Positions 51,520-64,000 of a stretch of 64,000 bases of DNA are shown in pieces. Numbering within the stretch: position 1 is the stretch's first letter; each line of letters opens with the position of its first letter. Position numbers and translations under genes: made by a program. Source of the stretch: Camelus dromedarius (Eukaryota); assembly GCF_036321535.1 (NCBI RefSeq), contig NC_087436.1:27592001-27656000 (forward strand). The letters run 5' to 3'. Below the pieces are notes generated by a model. It had not been told where the DNA came from. It saw nothing but the letters and a program-made list of their open reading frames with translations, and made no database searches.

Positions 51520-52330
51520 GTAGTAACAGACGTGTCAGGCAGGGTTCTAGGCAGGGCAGAGACAGTAGTCAACAGAATAAACAAAAATTCCTGCCCTGTG
51601 GAGCTGACATTCTAATGAAAAGGGAAATAATAAAGGTACATAAATATCAAATATGCTAAATGGTGACACATGTACAGATCACAGTAAAGCAGGGCAGGGG
51701 ACAGGGAATGCAGGGGGTGGGGGAGACTGCAATTTTGTAAAGAGTAGTCCAGAAAGAGTGACAGGAGTCAAGTTCTGAAGGGTGTGAGGGAGCAGGCACA
51801 GAAGCCCACAGAGTCTGGGGAGGAGAGGGGAGGGCGGTCTTCCAGGTGTAAACAACAAAAACCCGAAGTTCCCTGTAGTAAAAATACGCCTGAAGGATTA
51901 AAAGGACAGATAGCCAGGGGGCCACTGAGGCTGAAACGGGGTGATGGCGGAGAGAAAGATAAAGTGGAGAAGGGCTCTGGTTTTCTTTTTTCCTTTTTTT
52001 CTTCTTTCTTTCCTCCCTTCCTTCCTCCCTTCCTCCCTTCCTTTTTTTTTTTTTTTTTTTCTTTTCTTTTTTCATAGGCTGTGAATCTACTGGAGGGTGT
52101 TAAGCAGAGAGATGATATGCTCAGTTGAGTTAAAAATAATTTGTCTGGCTACTAGCCTCAGATTAAGGAGCAAAGGCCAAACTGGGGAGATCAGTTAGGA
52201 GGCCACAGCAGTTATTTAGGTAAGAAATGTTGGTGCCTTTGCTTCCGATGATACCAGTGAAGGTGGTGAGGGCTGGCAGGAATGGACACACAAGTGGAAG
52301 GTTCAAAGGAAAAGGATGCATTGACAAGTT
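51520..52330 (-). mobile_element. LINE-2 relic with an embedded pyrimidine simple repeat (51981-52073)
   Basis: GTGTCAGGCAGGGTTCTAGGC...CCTGCCCTGTGGAGCTGACATTCTA and GGAGGGTGTTAAGCAGAG. Confidence 0.8.
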
Positions 52331-53500
52331 GAGTATTTAAAATGTTAATTCACATATATAATACACTGAAGTATATTTTTCAATTGTGAGATATAGTTAT
52401 TTAGTAAAATGTTGCAACTTGAAATCTGGGGCTGCCTCACTGATGAACACTGTCAGCTAATTTCATTCCTTGATTTATATAATAAATGATTCCTGAGCAC
52501 TTAGCCCACATTGGACATTTTTGTAGGAGAAAACTGCATAGCATAAATAAGATACATTAAAAAAGCAGGTGTTCATGTGTTTTTATTCTCCTGGAAGAGA
52601 AAACAAGGTAAAAACTCAGTGGATTTAAGAGGAATCAGGAAGAGTTCTAGAATTTTCATAAATTCTCATAAATTTACTTAAAAATTACAGAGAAAGTATG
52701 ACATGCTGATGGGTATAAATCATCTTCAGCTTCCTCTTTAAAATGAGAGACACCAAAAGGGCAGAAAATGGATAACTTAGAGTTATCCTAAGTCTGACTT
52801 AAAAGAAAGTCACATAACTTTAAACAGGATCCAGTTAAAAATATCATGGAAATCTTTTGAAAAATGACTTTATTTCAACTGGAAAGCTTTACAAGTCTCT
52901 CAAACTTGTGAGTTCATTGATCTCAGGGTCCTTTATCAATGAGGAAAGATTGCAGTGTTATCTGTCAAGAGTGAATCTATAAACACTTGTAAATCCTTGA
53001 AAAAAAAAAAAGAAGTCTGTTTTTCTTTTTTCTCTATAGTTTCAAGGTCAGAATATTTTGATGTCCCTGAATCAAGTTTATGGCTTAGTGAGCTATGAGA
53101 GCTCTGAGTTGGTTTTCTCAAGTGTCTTTAAACACAAATACAGTCATCCATTCATTCAATATTCTTGAGCCAACTTTATGCCAGGCGCCAACTATATGCT
53201 AGATCAAGAGGAAAGACAATTTTAAAATGTGTTCCATAATCTATCATCAGATTGCATTCAGCTAAATTCCATATCCTGATTCAGATCCTTCCATACCATT
53301 AAAGCTCACAAATTAAATGTTAGCAATGTGTTCCAGAGGCATATTGTCACACCGTATCCACAAATTGCTATCTGGTGAAAGAAACACACAATACTTCTCA
53401 TATGTAGAAATTATGAAAGAATTACTTTTAAATAGTTTTCCAATCTTAAAACTATTATAGAAAACAAAACATACATTTCTTCTGCAAGACTAGCATTGTG

Positions 53501-53647
53501 GTGGGGGGTGGGGTATGTATAATCCAGTGGTAGAGTGCATGCTTAGCATACACAGGGTCCAGGGTTCCATTCCTGGTACCTCCATTAAAACAAACAAACC
53601 TAATTGCCTCTCACCGCCCCCCTCCAGAAAAATTTAAAAACAACCCA
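53501..53647 (+). mobile_element. tRNA-derived SINE (camelid Vic-1 type)
   Basis: A-box-like CAGTGGTAGAG and B-box-like GGTTCCATTCC, then GTACCTCCATTAAAA...CCTAATTGCCTC and an A-rich tail. Perfect 15-bp TSD AAGACTAGCATTGTG at 53486-53500 and 53648-53662. Confidence 0.92.
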
Positions 53648-54203
53648 AAGACTAGCATTGTGAGAGAATACATGACTCAAATAGTAAAAGTCACTGGTAC
53701 CTTTCAGCAGCCAGTGCTTTAGCAGGCTGGCATGTGTTTTCTAGATTGTATGAAGAGAATTTTGGGGAGAACTTCTGTTTTTTTGTCACTCACAGACCAC
53801 AGGGGGAAAAATGCTCATGTTACTTGTTCTGTATAGTACAGATTAGATAGGCGTAAGACTGAATGAGGTGCAATGACAGGGCTGAAATTAACTTTTATAT
53901 GGGCTGTTCTCAATGGAATATTCATTTAATACTGCCTAAGCTATTTAACTCTTTCTTTAAACATATTTAATTTATTCTTTCCTGTTTTTAGTTGGACTCT
54001 GATAACCCTTTAGTATTCAACAATGTGTAACAGCACCCCACACAGGATAATTAAATTTCATTTATATATACACATACATGCAAAAACTGTGATAGAAAAT
54101 ATAAATTGGCATAAAACTTTCAGAGAACAATTTGGCATTATATAATACAATTAGTAAGAAATTTATGATGACTTGACTCAAAAAAATTACTTGAAAGAAC
54201 ATA

Positions 54204-54636
54204 TGTATTAGTTTGCCAGGGCTGCTGGAAAAAAGTACACAGAGTGGCTTAAAAACCAGAAATGTATCATCTCACAGTTCTGGGGGCTAGAAGTCGGTTA
54301 AATCAAGGTGTCTGCAGGTTTGTTTCCTTCTGAGGGCTGTGATGAAACAGCATGTTCCAGGCCTCCCTCCTGAGCCTGTAGATGACCATTTTCTCCTCGT
54401 TGTCTCTTCATGTTCTTTACATCCTCTTGCCTCTGAGCACGTGTTTGTGTCCAAATTCCTCTTTTTCTAAGAACACCAGTCATAATGGACTAGGGCTCAC
54501 CCTAATCACCTCACTCTAACTTGCATACCTCCATCAGGTTCAATCTTATTTCCAAATAAGGTTACGTCTGAGGTATGGAGGGTTAGGGCTTCAACATATG
54601 GATTGGGGAGGGAGGGACACAATTCAACCTATAATA
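54204..54636 (-). mobile_element. MaLR LTR (MLT1A/B/C-type), nested in an old L1M 3' relic
   Basis: TGTATTAGTTTGCCAGGGCTGCT...TCTCACAGTTCTGGGGGCTAGAAGTC...GGACACAATTCAACCTATAATA. Confidence 0.9.
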
Positions 54637-57600
54637 AGGCATAAATATATATGCCTAAATATTATTAATTTAGTATCTTTTGTGTAGCAAAATCTTGTAG
54701 GTAAAAAAGGCAAAAAAAAAAAAAAACCACCCCAAAACAACACTTACATAGTGTTAAAAACAGATGGTTATAGTGTGATATATTTATGCAAAGCATTGCT
54801 GTCAATTCATTAAAAAGACTTAGGTAAATGTGCATATAAATATAGATAGTTATGCCAATTAAAAATTAAAAAGCAAATTGCAAAAGGATTTTACAAAAGA
54901 GGTATATATATTACACATATGTGTATACTATCTGTGTGTGTGTATATATACATATATTTTTATAATGACACACAAAATAGTATTAGTTGTAACTGCCTCT
55001 AAGGGGTAGCATTAGGAATTTAAAGGATCATGGAAACTTTACATCAATAACATCAACATATTTAAAACAAATAAGTAAATAATTTGTGAAGTACTATGAA
55101 GGGGAAAACCAATGCCTAAAGAAAGACATCAAATAAAATTTAACTTCTCCAGTTAATCAATATGTGAATATGCGGAAAGCATTCTCTCTCTGCTGGGATT
55201 TCTTTATATATCACAGGACAATAATAATGTTTCTTTCATAAAGTTGTTTATGAATGAGATGCAATGGCTTGTGCGCACACACACTCACACTTAAGTTGTG
55301 TTGAGCTTCCGGGAGTCAAGGTGGTCGATTTGGACAATGAGCCAAACTGAAAGAACAATCAAGCCTTTGCGCACTTCCCATGCTAGTGCAGGTAAAAGGC
55401 AAAAGTAAATGGCACCAGCAACACATTTTTCTGTTTTTCTCCACATTATGACCCAAAATGAGGGTCAGACATCATGAGACAGGCAGAACTCTCAGTCCCT
55501 GGGAGCGCCAGAAAAAAGGCTCCTGACTTTTTGAGGACCTGGGGGCCAGGGAGCAGGATATGTGGAAGGGCTAGGAGTGGTAGGACTGAGCCAGAGCCAG
55601 GAAAAGTGCCTTGGGCCCTGCTAGGAGGTCTCGGAATGGAGGTAGCTGGGCTAGGACTGTAGGACTGTGCACAAGCAGGCTGGCCCCAGGGCCTGATCCA
55701 TGTCAGAAACTCTCCCTGAAAAACTAGTCTGCACCAGCTGTGCACGGCATCTGATACAGGAATGGCAGACTTCTGCCATGGGGCCTGCCAGGTATAGGCT
55801 TGGAATTGCCTGTGGTTGGGCCTGAAAAAACACACACAAGATTTTAGCCTGAAGTTGTATTTCTTGTAAGATAATTAAAAGAGGGATTGGTGCAAATATA
55901 GTGCACAAATGCAGAGGTTTATGTGCATTAGCAGGAAAATGGCTAGAAAAGATGGGAATCTCAAAGCTCACCTTGCATTCATAAAAGTTGCTTTATAAAA
56001 AGGAGAGGGTCAAACTTGGGGAACAGTTACTTGAGGATCATAGATGAAGGAAGAGGATACTTGAGGGGGTTATAGCAGTTTTGAATATATTTTCAAACTA
56101 CAAATCTTAACCTAAATCTTTGACTTAAATACTTGTAAATTGAGATCTTGGAGAGTAAGATTACTTTGTGTCTACTTTAGAGAGCAAGACAATGCATTCG
56201 AAATTAGAGCTCCTGAAGCCTAAACTTAATATTTATCTGATAGAATTTCACTTTGTTGAAATATGAGTTGCACCTTATTAAAATTATACTTTATTTGAAT
56301 CATAAATGATTTTTTAATATTCCTAGAAAGTAACTCAAAACATATCTGTAAGTAAGCAATGCACCTTTGTGTAAGTAGTGTGATCTCTCAAAATTCTCTT
56401 TAGACCAGTAAATGGAATGCACTAGTTTTCATATACACAGTAATTCTCTGCTAAATTTTGCACGTTTCCCCACTAGATTCAGAGTAATCTAGAATAAAAA
56501 AGTCAATGAATAGACAAGTATGTATGATTGGTGTGAGTTGAGTCCAAAAATAAACTTTAAGTCAATAATATATTAATTATAACAAAGAGGAAAATATCCA
56601 TGAAAATACAGCTTTTTTTTTTATTCTACAGTGTTGTTCAAATCCAATTACATACTGAATCAGATCATTTTGAATCTTCTAATTTTCTTTCCATCAAAAG
56701 TTTTTCTGGTATTTTTCCAATAGGAAAATCTACTGTCTGTCTAAAGTCATGGTTCTCCCACTATGTTCTTTGCAACTTTTTTAATGTGTTTCCTCAGTCT
56801 ACTTCATTAAAGTACAGGAGATGAGCCTCAGTGAATAACAGGGTGATATAGCTTGAGGCAATATTAATTTAGGATGACTAAAGACGGTTGTGGTTTATTT
56901 GAGATCCATGAAATTGAACATAGGATAGAGCAATGTATATTTTACAGTAAAAAGTGTAAGACGAAAACATCAAGGAGTGTTGTTTATAGAAATATTTCAG
57001 TAATGACTTTAAGCATATAAAGTTTTCCAAAGATCTTTGAGGAATTTGTCATTTAGTCAATTTTTAATAGAGTTTATATAATACCAATGGTTTTAATGAT
57101 CTTAAGAGAAGACAGATAGGATGAATATGAACTGATACACCAATTTCAAAAGATCTGTCACTAGAAATGTGATTAGCATCATTAGAATATTTTGCAACTG
57201 ACATTGTAGGGAATTGGTGGCAAATATACATGGCATCTTTTCCATATTTTAATTTTTTTTAATATGCTAAAAAACTCTCTTACATAGACAAAGATAGTTA
57301 ATAGTCTATGTTGAACAAAGATGTAAAATCGCATTTGATGGATATTAATTAAACATTACTCTGTGTTTCATTTTGAACAGGTTTTGAAATGAAGATATTT
57401 GCATTTTTACTTTTCAAACACACTTTATCTTTTCAAATGTAGTGAATAACTGGGTTTTATTAGCATGAAATAAGAAGTTATTTTAAGAAGGCATAGTAGT
57501 AATTGACTTGCATTTTAGTAACATCAGAGGGTTTAAAAGATTACATTTTGCTTCTGTACTAAAAGCACAATTTCATAGACAGTAAAGAATCAGATTTTTC

Positions 57601-58703
57601 CTAACAATCATACTGAATTGTTTGAAAACATTATTGTTATGAAAATTAGTTCTACATTATGTACAAAGAATTTGAATCTCTGATTTTCACAAATGTATAC
57701 TTATCTAGATCTTGGATAATATCTACAAAAGCAGAACAAAAAACAGGGAAAAGTCCTGTGTGGTTGAGCATCGATGTTTACATATATCCAGCAAATTATG
57801 GGGAACATATTGTTTTGTGTTTTGTGTTCAAAACTTCAGTCAAAATAGTTTCTTATTCCTAATGTTATTGTAGAAGTGTCTCTAGAATTGAGTGTGATGA
57901 CTGCAGATAATTTCATTACATGAAACTCATAGTATAAGTAACACGTAGTTGCTGATGTTACTTCCAAGCATTATACAGTTTTCTACATCATGGGGTCTAT
58001 TTTGGGGGGAAGAGTTGCCCATGAGTAATAATGTGTTATACCATTAGATAATATTCTTTGTGTTAAATAGATCAAGGTTCACATTTCAGCAAAGTCCCTT
58101 GCTAACTTTGTGACTGTCCTCTGAAAATCATTATGTTATTTGTGAAATTAGAATAATAATATCTACTTAACAACTTATTTGAGGACCACTTAAAAGTATT
58201 TTTAAGAAAAGTATGAAAATGGAATGGACACATAATAAATAATATCCATAACATAGAGTAATTGTCACATCCTTCCCAGATGGCAAATATCATATTTCCT
58301 GCTTTCTAGAAAATAGTCTTAACTAATTAAATGCAGAGATAAGTGGCATATATATGTATCAGCTCAAAAGTTTGCTTTTGAATCCTCATGCTTGTTCAAT
58401 GATTATAAAAGAGGTAGGACATCTTAGCTGTAAGGAAGCGTTCAGAGAATTACTTCATTATTTCATTTGACGTAAACATTTCCTTCTAAATGTATGAGAT
58501 ATAACGAAGGCAGGTAGCATCAGGCCACTTTTTTTTTCACCTGTTGGAACCGTATTTTACATTTTAAAATATTTATATTCGCTTTCACATAGTATTTCTT
58601 TTCTGTAATCTGAGAAAATACATTATGATTATTTTTAATTTGGGGTCATGGAACTAAAAAGAGAGAAATTTTCCTCATTTGAGATAGAAATCAATACAGT
58701 GTA

Positions 58704-58734
<31 letters not shown>

Positions 58735-59910
58735 GAATTTAGTCTTGCTTTCCGTTCTCAAAATCTACCAAATTCAGCTGAGGATGGGCACCTATACTAT
58801 GCCATCATTATCAAAGACTGCTCTTGAGCAGTTGGACTAGAGGACATTTTCAAGGCAGCAAATTGATCAAAGCAGTTATTTTCTCCGGATTCTAACACAA
58901 AGCAACATCAAATAACTTTGCTTTGCAGGTTTGGTTTTCTTGCATGCTTTGAACTAGAAGTATAATATACTGACTAAGGCTTTGTGTCCTCGAGTAAAAT
59001 TATGAGTCTTTCCTCCAGAATCCACTTGAAGAAACTCATGAATAGTTGAAGGAAACATAGATGAAAGTATTTTTCTTGCTTCTCTACTTAGTGACATTTT
59101 TGTAATCTTGAATTTTTATAGCTCTAGCCAGATAATCAAAATATCTCTGGCCTATACCTGTATGGCTGGGCTATAATTTATATATTTATTCACACAATGT
59201 GAGTTTCACATAAGATAAACTTAAATGCTCATTAGTTTAGTTCATTATAGCAAAAGGCTCAACCAATAAAGAGCATGTAGATTTAAAAATATATCAGAAA
59301 TATTCCAGAGATCATCTGAGTTTTTCACTTAGCTGTTCATATGTAGAGACATAACTTCTTAGGATTTTATTTTTCTTTGTGCAAAGTATTGTCAGTTATC
59401 TGATTTAAGAAATGTTATGACTATGAGTGGCTATTATTAAAATTACGAACCTATTAACACAAAATGGTTAATATCATTACTTATAGTGTTAAAATCCAAT
59501 TTTTTCATGAAAGAGACAGCAGAATTTTACTTCTCTAATAATAATGAAGGGAAGTGTCATGGACTCATTGGATTGATTATTATTATTTTCCATGCAATTT
59601 TAAGTACTGTGATAATGAAAATCAGCAATTAAATTTGCTTTTTTACTGTGACTCTTCTAAAATAGCCTGAATATATCTTCTTACACTGGTTGTGGGTGTT
59701 GCATGTGTTGAATTCTAGGCAACAGGTTGTGTGGGGACAACAGAATACAGAGGAGTATGTACATTTACTCTCTTCATTCCCAATTGCAGTCACTTACTTA
59801 GGGATTGTTGTGGTGACAACAGAAAGAGCTAAAATGATGTGTGAGACGGGCATTGCCTTATGGGTGTCAGGAGCTTGTCCTCATGTATGCAGTTGTGGCA
59901 AGCATGGTTT

Positions 59911-60461
59911 TGTTAGGTAGTTAGAAAAGCAGGGGCTCGGGGCAGAGAGGTGGAGGAGAGGGAGGATGATCTGGAAGATGGCGCTGCGCCCACCTCCAGC
60001 ATAAAGGGACTTTACTTCTAAATGAGTGTCAGCAAGAAACTGGTTAGAACCCGACAGCTGCAACTGCGCGGTAGCAGAAAGGATTTAACTGGACATGATC
60101 CAATGCTCATTGTAATATAATTAACATTGCAATTTAGGCCCCCTCGCCATAGGTTTTTCTGTGTATATCATGGGTAAGGGTATGTGCAAAGGAAACAAAC
60201 GTGACTAGGCATTCCAAGGGCAAGAGCCATCAATCAATCAAAAGACACCTCTAAGCAAGGGTATAACAGAAAGGGCAGACAAAGACCACTGCTTCTTCCC
60301 TGTTGGATTAACCTGCCTCCCATTCTTGGAGGTGTACTTTTCTTTTCCTAAATAAATCCTTTAAAATCTTTCACTACACAATGCACTCTGTCTCCCGTCT
60401 GTAATCTTGCCTTTCGGGCGAGACAAGGACTGGGGTCTTTTCCCTTTTTTGGGGGTTAACA
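59911..60461 (+). mobile_element. Solo ERV1-like LTR
   Basis: TGTTA...TAACA termini, TATA-like GTATAA (~60261), GGTGTACTTT...AATAAA (~60351) and U5 GAGACAAGGAC. CpGs are retained. No clear TSD. Confidence 0.8.
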
Positions 60462-61029
60462 TCTTTTTTTGCTAGAACATATGCTCAGCCATCTTGTGCC
60501 CCTAAAAATATTTCTTCAACTGTATTTATAGTCTTTCTAAGAAAAATTCAACATATCTCATGAATATATAATATCATCATTTACATGCTATGTTTTAGGA
60601 GAAAAATTAAGTGTCTTGGTGCATAATAAATCTGATAATGTCTAGATTAAATAAAATGATCAGAATCTCTCATGAAGTCAGTAATTGGATAAAAACATGA
60701 ATCAATTTTCAAACTGATAATCTACATCATTAAATAGCACTGACCAATGTCTTATGACTTGGGTGAAAATCACACTCTCAGTGAACTTTGTTATGAGATT
60801 GTATTGAATTCCCATGTATTTTTCATTTAACATTTTATTTGCATACAAATTATTTATGATTCCAAGTAAGTTACTAATGTTTAAAAACCATTGACCAATA
60901 ACAATGTCTACTTAATTATTACAGTGACATAATTTTTCAGTTTTTAAAAAGAGATAGAACTAGAAATTTTTACTTTTATTTATTATTTCTGACAGACTAA
61001 CATGCAGATACTGAAAAAATAATGTTAGA

Positions 61030-62640
61030 TCAAGCTACCTATTCCTTCATTACTTGTTCCACAATGAAATGGTGATTTTAAGTGCCTAGAATGAGCAATG
61101 AATAGAATACAAAAATCCATCCCAATATAGAACCTACATTCTAGAATGAGGAAACAGGCAATAAAAGAGGAAGTGAGTAATTATACATGAAGTAAATGGT
61201 AATAAGAGGCTTGGGAGTAAAGAGTTTGGAGACTGCCTGGAAAGGGTGGAAAAAGTTATACTTTTTCTAGTGACCATTGAAAGCAGGATATTTGAGGAAA
61301 GAACTAGAAGTGAGGGAGTTATCCAGGAAGGCAGCCAGAGTAAAGACATTACAAAAGATAAAAGCAGACTCCAAGTCTCAGGCCCAAAGCATTAGAAGAA
61401 TAATGAACCTGTAATAGAAAGGAACAAATATGACTCCACATTAGATCCATTCCTTTGGCTTTAACACTGCACCCGGTTTTCTAGGCTTAGTCTTCACGTA
61501 AAGGTAACAAGTTGCAGAATAGAAAATAACATTTGTTTTGTTGGAGGTTTTGCAGGAGCACCATGAGCTGGCCCACGTGGACAGCTGCAAGAACAAAGAA
61601 TTCCCACACCAAGAAGTTTGCAACAACCAACCACACCCCCTCCCCTTTTTCATTATAAAAGGAGCCTGTATTCTGACTAGGGGAGGATGGTTCTCTAAGA
61701 CATTAGTCTGCCCTCCTCTCGGTCTGCCAGCTTTCTGAATCAAGTCGCTATTCCTTGTCCCAGTAACTCATCTCCCCATTTACTGGCCTGTTGTGCGGCG
61801 AGCAGAATGAGTCTGGACTCGGTAACAAAGCCAGTGTCCGAAGCTGAGTAAGCTTAGTCAATAAGGGTAGGAGATGGAAGTGATGGGCAGATCCTTTGGG
61901 TTTAATTGCCTTTGTAAGGACAATGGTTTTTATTTGGAAAGTGTTGTGAAGTTAGTGGAAGCTAGTGGTGAGTTTTAAACTGTTGAGTAATAAGATTTTG
62001 TTATATTTTTAAAATATTGCCTTGTCTGCTGTATTGTCTATAGACTGATCACTGGCAAGGCAGGTTTAGAAACAGGAAGTGCAGTTAGACAGTTCTTTTG
62101 AAATTCTATGCAAGATATGATGGCAACTAGAATGTGAACTAGGTGGGTTCTGGCTGTGTGTTCAGGGTTTGATGTACATTAGATGTAGAGACGTGCAATA
62201 ACACTGAAGACAAAAACAACTTCAAGATTTGGGCAGAACAACTAAAAAATAGAAGGTTGGTTGAGTTCAGATTTGAAAGAAGAGAAGAAATTAGCTGCTT
62301 GGTTTTGGGCATGTTAAGTGTGGGATGCCTGTTATATATTTTGCAAGTGGAGTGTCAAGACTGCATTTGGGATTCAGTCTGAAGTTCAAAAGAGAGGTAC
62401 AAGCTGAGGATGTAATTTACTTTTCATCAAGGCATTGATGCTGTTTAAAGCATGTGACCAAATGAGATCATCTGGACAGTTAGTGGAACCACAAAAGAAA
62501 AGAGATCCAAGGACACCTTTGGGATCAGGGGATGAAAATGACTGGCCATATAACTGTAACTGCAACAAATATAGAGACTGAGAAAAATTACTAGAGAGAC
62601 TGTAGGAGAATCAGAATGAACCAGGGTAACTGAGCCACAT
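61030..62640 (-). mobile_element. LINE-2 relic, split by the LTR at 61410-61827
   Basis: Reverse L2 body, e.g. GGTTTTGGGCATGTTAAGTGTGGGATGCCTGTTA. Confidence 0.7.
61410..61827 (+). mobile_element. Solo ERV1 LTR (MER41-like)
   Basis: TGTAA...GGTAACA termini, ACAAATATGACTCCA start, TATAAAAGG and TTTACTGGCCTGTTGTGCGGCGAGCAG end. 4-bp flanks AACC/AAGC. Confidence 0.85.
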
Positions 62641-64000
62641 TTTACTTTAATGGAAAGATTAAATCCATTAATCTGAGTAATCATTTCTTTCGACATAAAG
62701 TAGCTCAACTTAAAATACAGTCTGAGAAAACACTGCAAAAACCAATGTTTCCATGAAAATGAGACTTTTTTTGGTCTTTATTAGAATACACATAGTTCCA
62801 TTTCAAATATTTTTGAGGAAAATTCTCTAAAGATTTTCTCAAGTTAAGTAATGGTAAGTGCTAAACTTACTCAAAAAGAAAAACAAAACAGTAACTGGGG
62901 ACACTTAGCAACTCACAGGGTATGCAGGAAGGCTTAAAAATTGACATACTTAAAAACAGGAGAAATATTTAATTAGTTTTTCTTGAATCACACGCCTAAC
63001 CCTAACCTAGGGTGAAGGGGCATGTCATCATGATTAATAGTCACAATAGACTCTTGCAAAGGAAAATCAGGTCGCCATGACCAAAAAGAAAAAAACTACC
63101 AATTGGGCATTGAGATTATTCTTAATTATATCCTTGATAATTTCCTCCCTTGAATTGTGCTTATCCTCTAGTTCTAGCACAGTTATAAATTGAAAATCAT
63201 CACCTTCTAAACTAGAATCCAATTTTTCTCAAATAGTTTCCATCTCACTCATTTTTGGGCTCTACAATAAAAAATTAATCAATTTTACCTTCTTATAAAA
63301 TCCTAAGTCTATAGCCAATTTCAATTCCTAATATAATATTTTAAATTTCCAATAAAAATGTTAAGTTTTCTGATTATTTCATTTTCATAGCAAGCGTGTT
63401 CTGTGCTAAGAACTGAAATCTCCGCTGCAAACTCTCTGAGCGTAACCACGGGATGTTTCCACATTGTCAGATTTTTTTTTCCTCATCTGTTTTTCTCTTT
63501 AATGCTATTATCTCTTTCATGCTGTTATCCTTAAACATCTCCTGATGCTTAGTAGTTTGATCACAATTTTAAAATATAGGACTAGTTGGAAGCATCAGTT
63601 GAATGTTTCTTCTAAATTTGTATAGTTTGCATCAGACCTTTGTCTTGAATGTAGAGATCTGAGTATATTTACACATTAATTTCCATTCATATGCAGGTGT
63701 GATGAGCAGGGAAAAAGGACTCAAGTAGTCCAACCATTTATAAATATCTGGTTTCAAACTACAGTATCTCTGGTATTTATCTATCAATCATTTTTCACTC
63801 ACATTTATATAAACATTAAGCTAAACATTAAATGCATACAAACTATTTATAAAATGTCTATATATTGTTTTTACTGTATAAAAAACATGCACACCTATGT
63901 ACTGAAAATATAACCTTACAAAAGGAACATTTCCAATGATGTAAGCATCTTTCAGGTGCCACTTGTGAATATAACTGCTTTCCCCTCTTCAGAGGTAAGC

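Noticed and set aside
53508..53585. tRNA gene
   Set aside because: It is the diverged tRNA-derived head of a SINE with a tail and TSD.
61410..61827. Interferon-inducible MER41-type enhancer
   Set aside because: I did not find a TTCNNNGAA GAS motif in this copy.
62995..63013. CCTAACCCTAACCTAGGG telomere-like motif
   Set aside because: Only about two units with no associated junction, so compatible with chance.
63956..63994. Possible 39-nt plus-strand exon (TTTCAG|...GAG|GTAAGC)
   Set aside because: Short pyrimidine tract, no recognisable peptide, no partner exons, and it lies at the window edge.

Overview
Mammalian genomic DNA, very probably camelid (Vicugna/Lama/Camelus). The assignment rests on a tRNA-derived Vic-1-type SINE at 53501-53647 and the L1 3' ends. 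Most of the window is AT-rich, repeat-dense and gene-poor: 5'-truncated L1s, many old L2/MIR copies, solo ERV LTRs, MaLR LTRs, decayed ERVL/MaLR and ERV1 internal sequence, and hAT DNA transposon relics. I find no intact host protein-coding gene, RNA gene or prokaryotic-type system. The only ORFs with recognisable homology are broken L1 ORF2 and ERVL pol pieces. The main anomaly is a ~6.2 kb GC-rich block (~31140-37370) with sharp edges. It carries a CpG-island promoter, candidate minus-strand 5' exons with no visible gene body, two minisatellites, and a degenerate (TTAGGG)n tract at its right junction. It looks like a transplanted gene-start fragment, but that is inference. Other notable items are two L1s of different subfamilies apparently inside one TSD, a ~40 bp L1 tail insertion, and a 15-bp perfect inverted repeat. 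Repeat family names are from recall of consensus sequences and need RepeatMasker/Dfam confirmation. Boundaries of old repeats are approximate.
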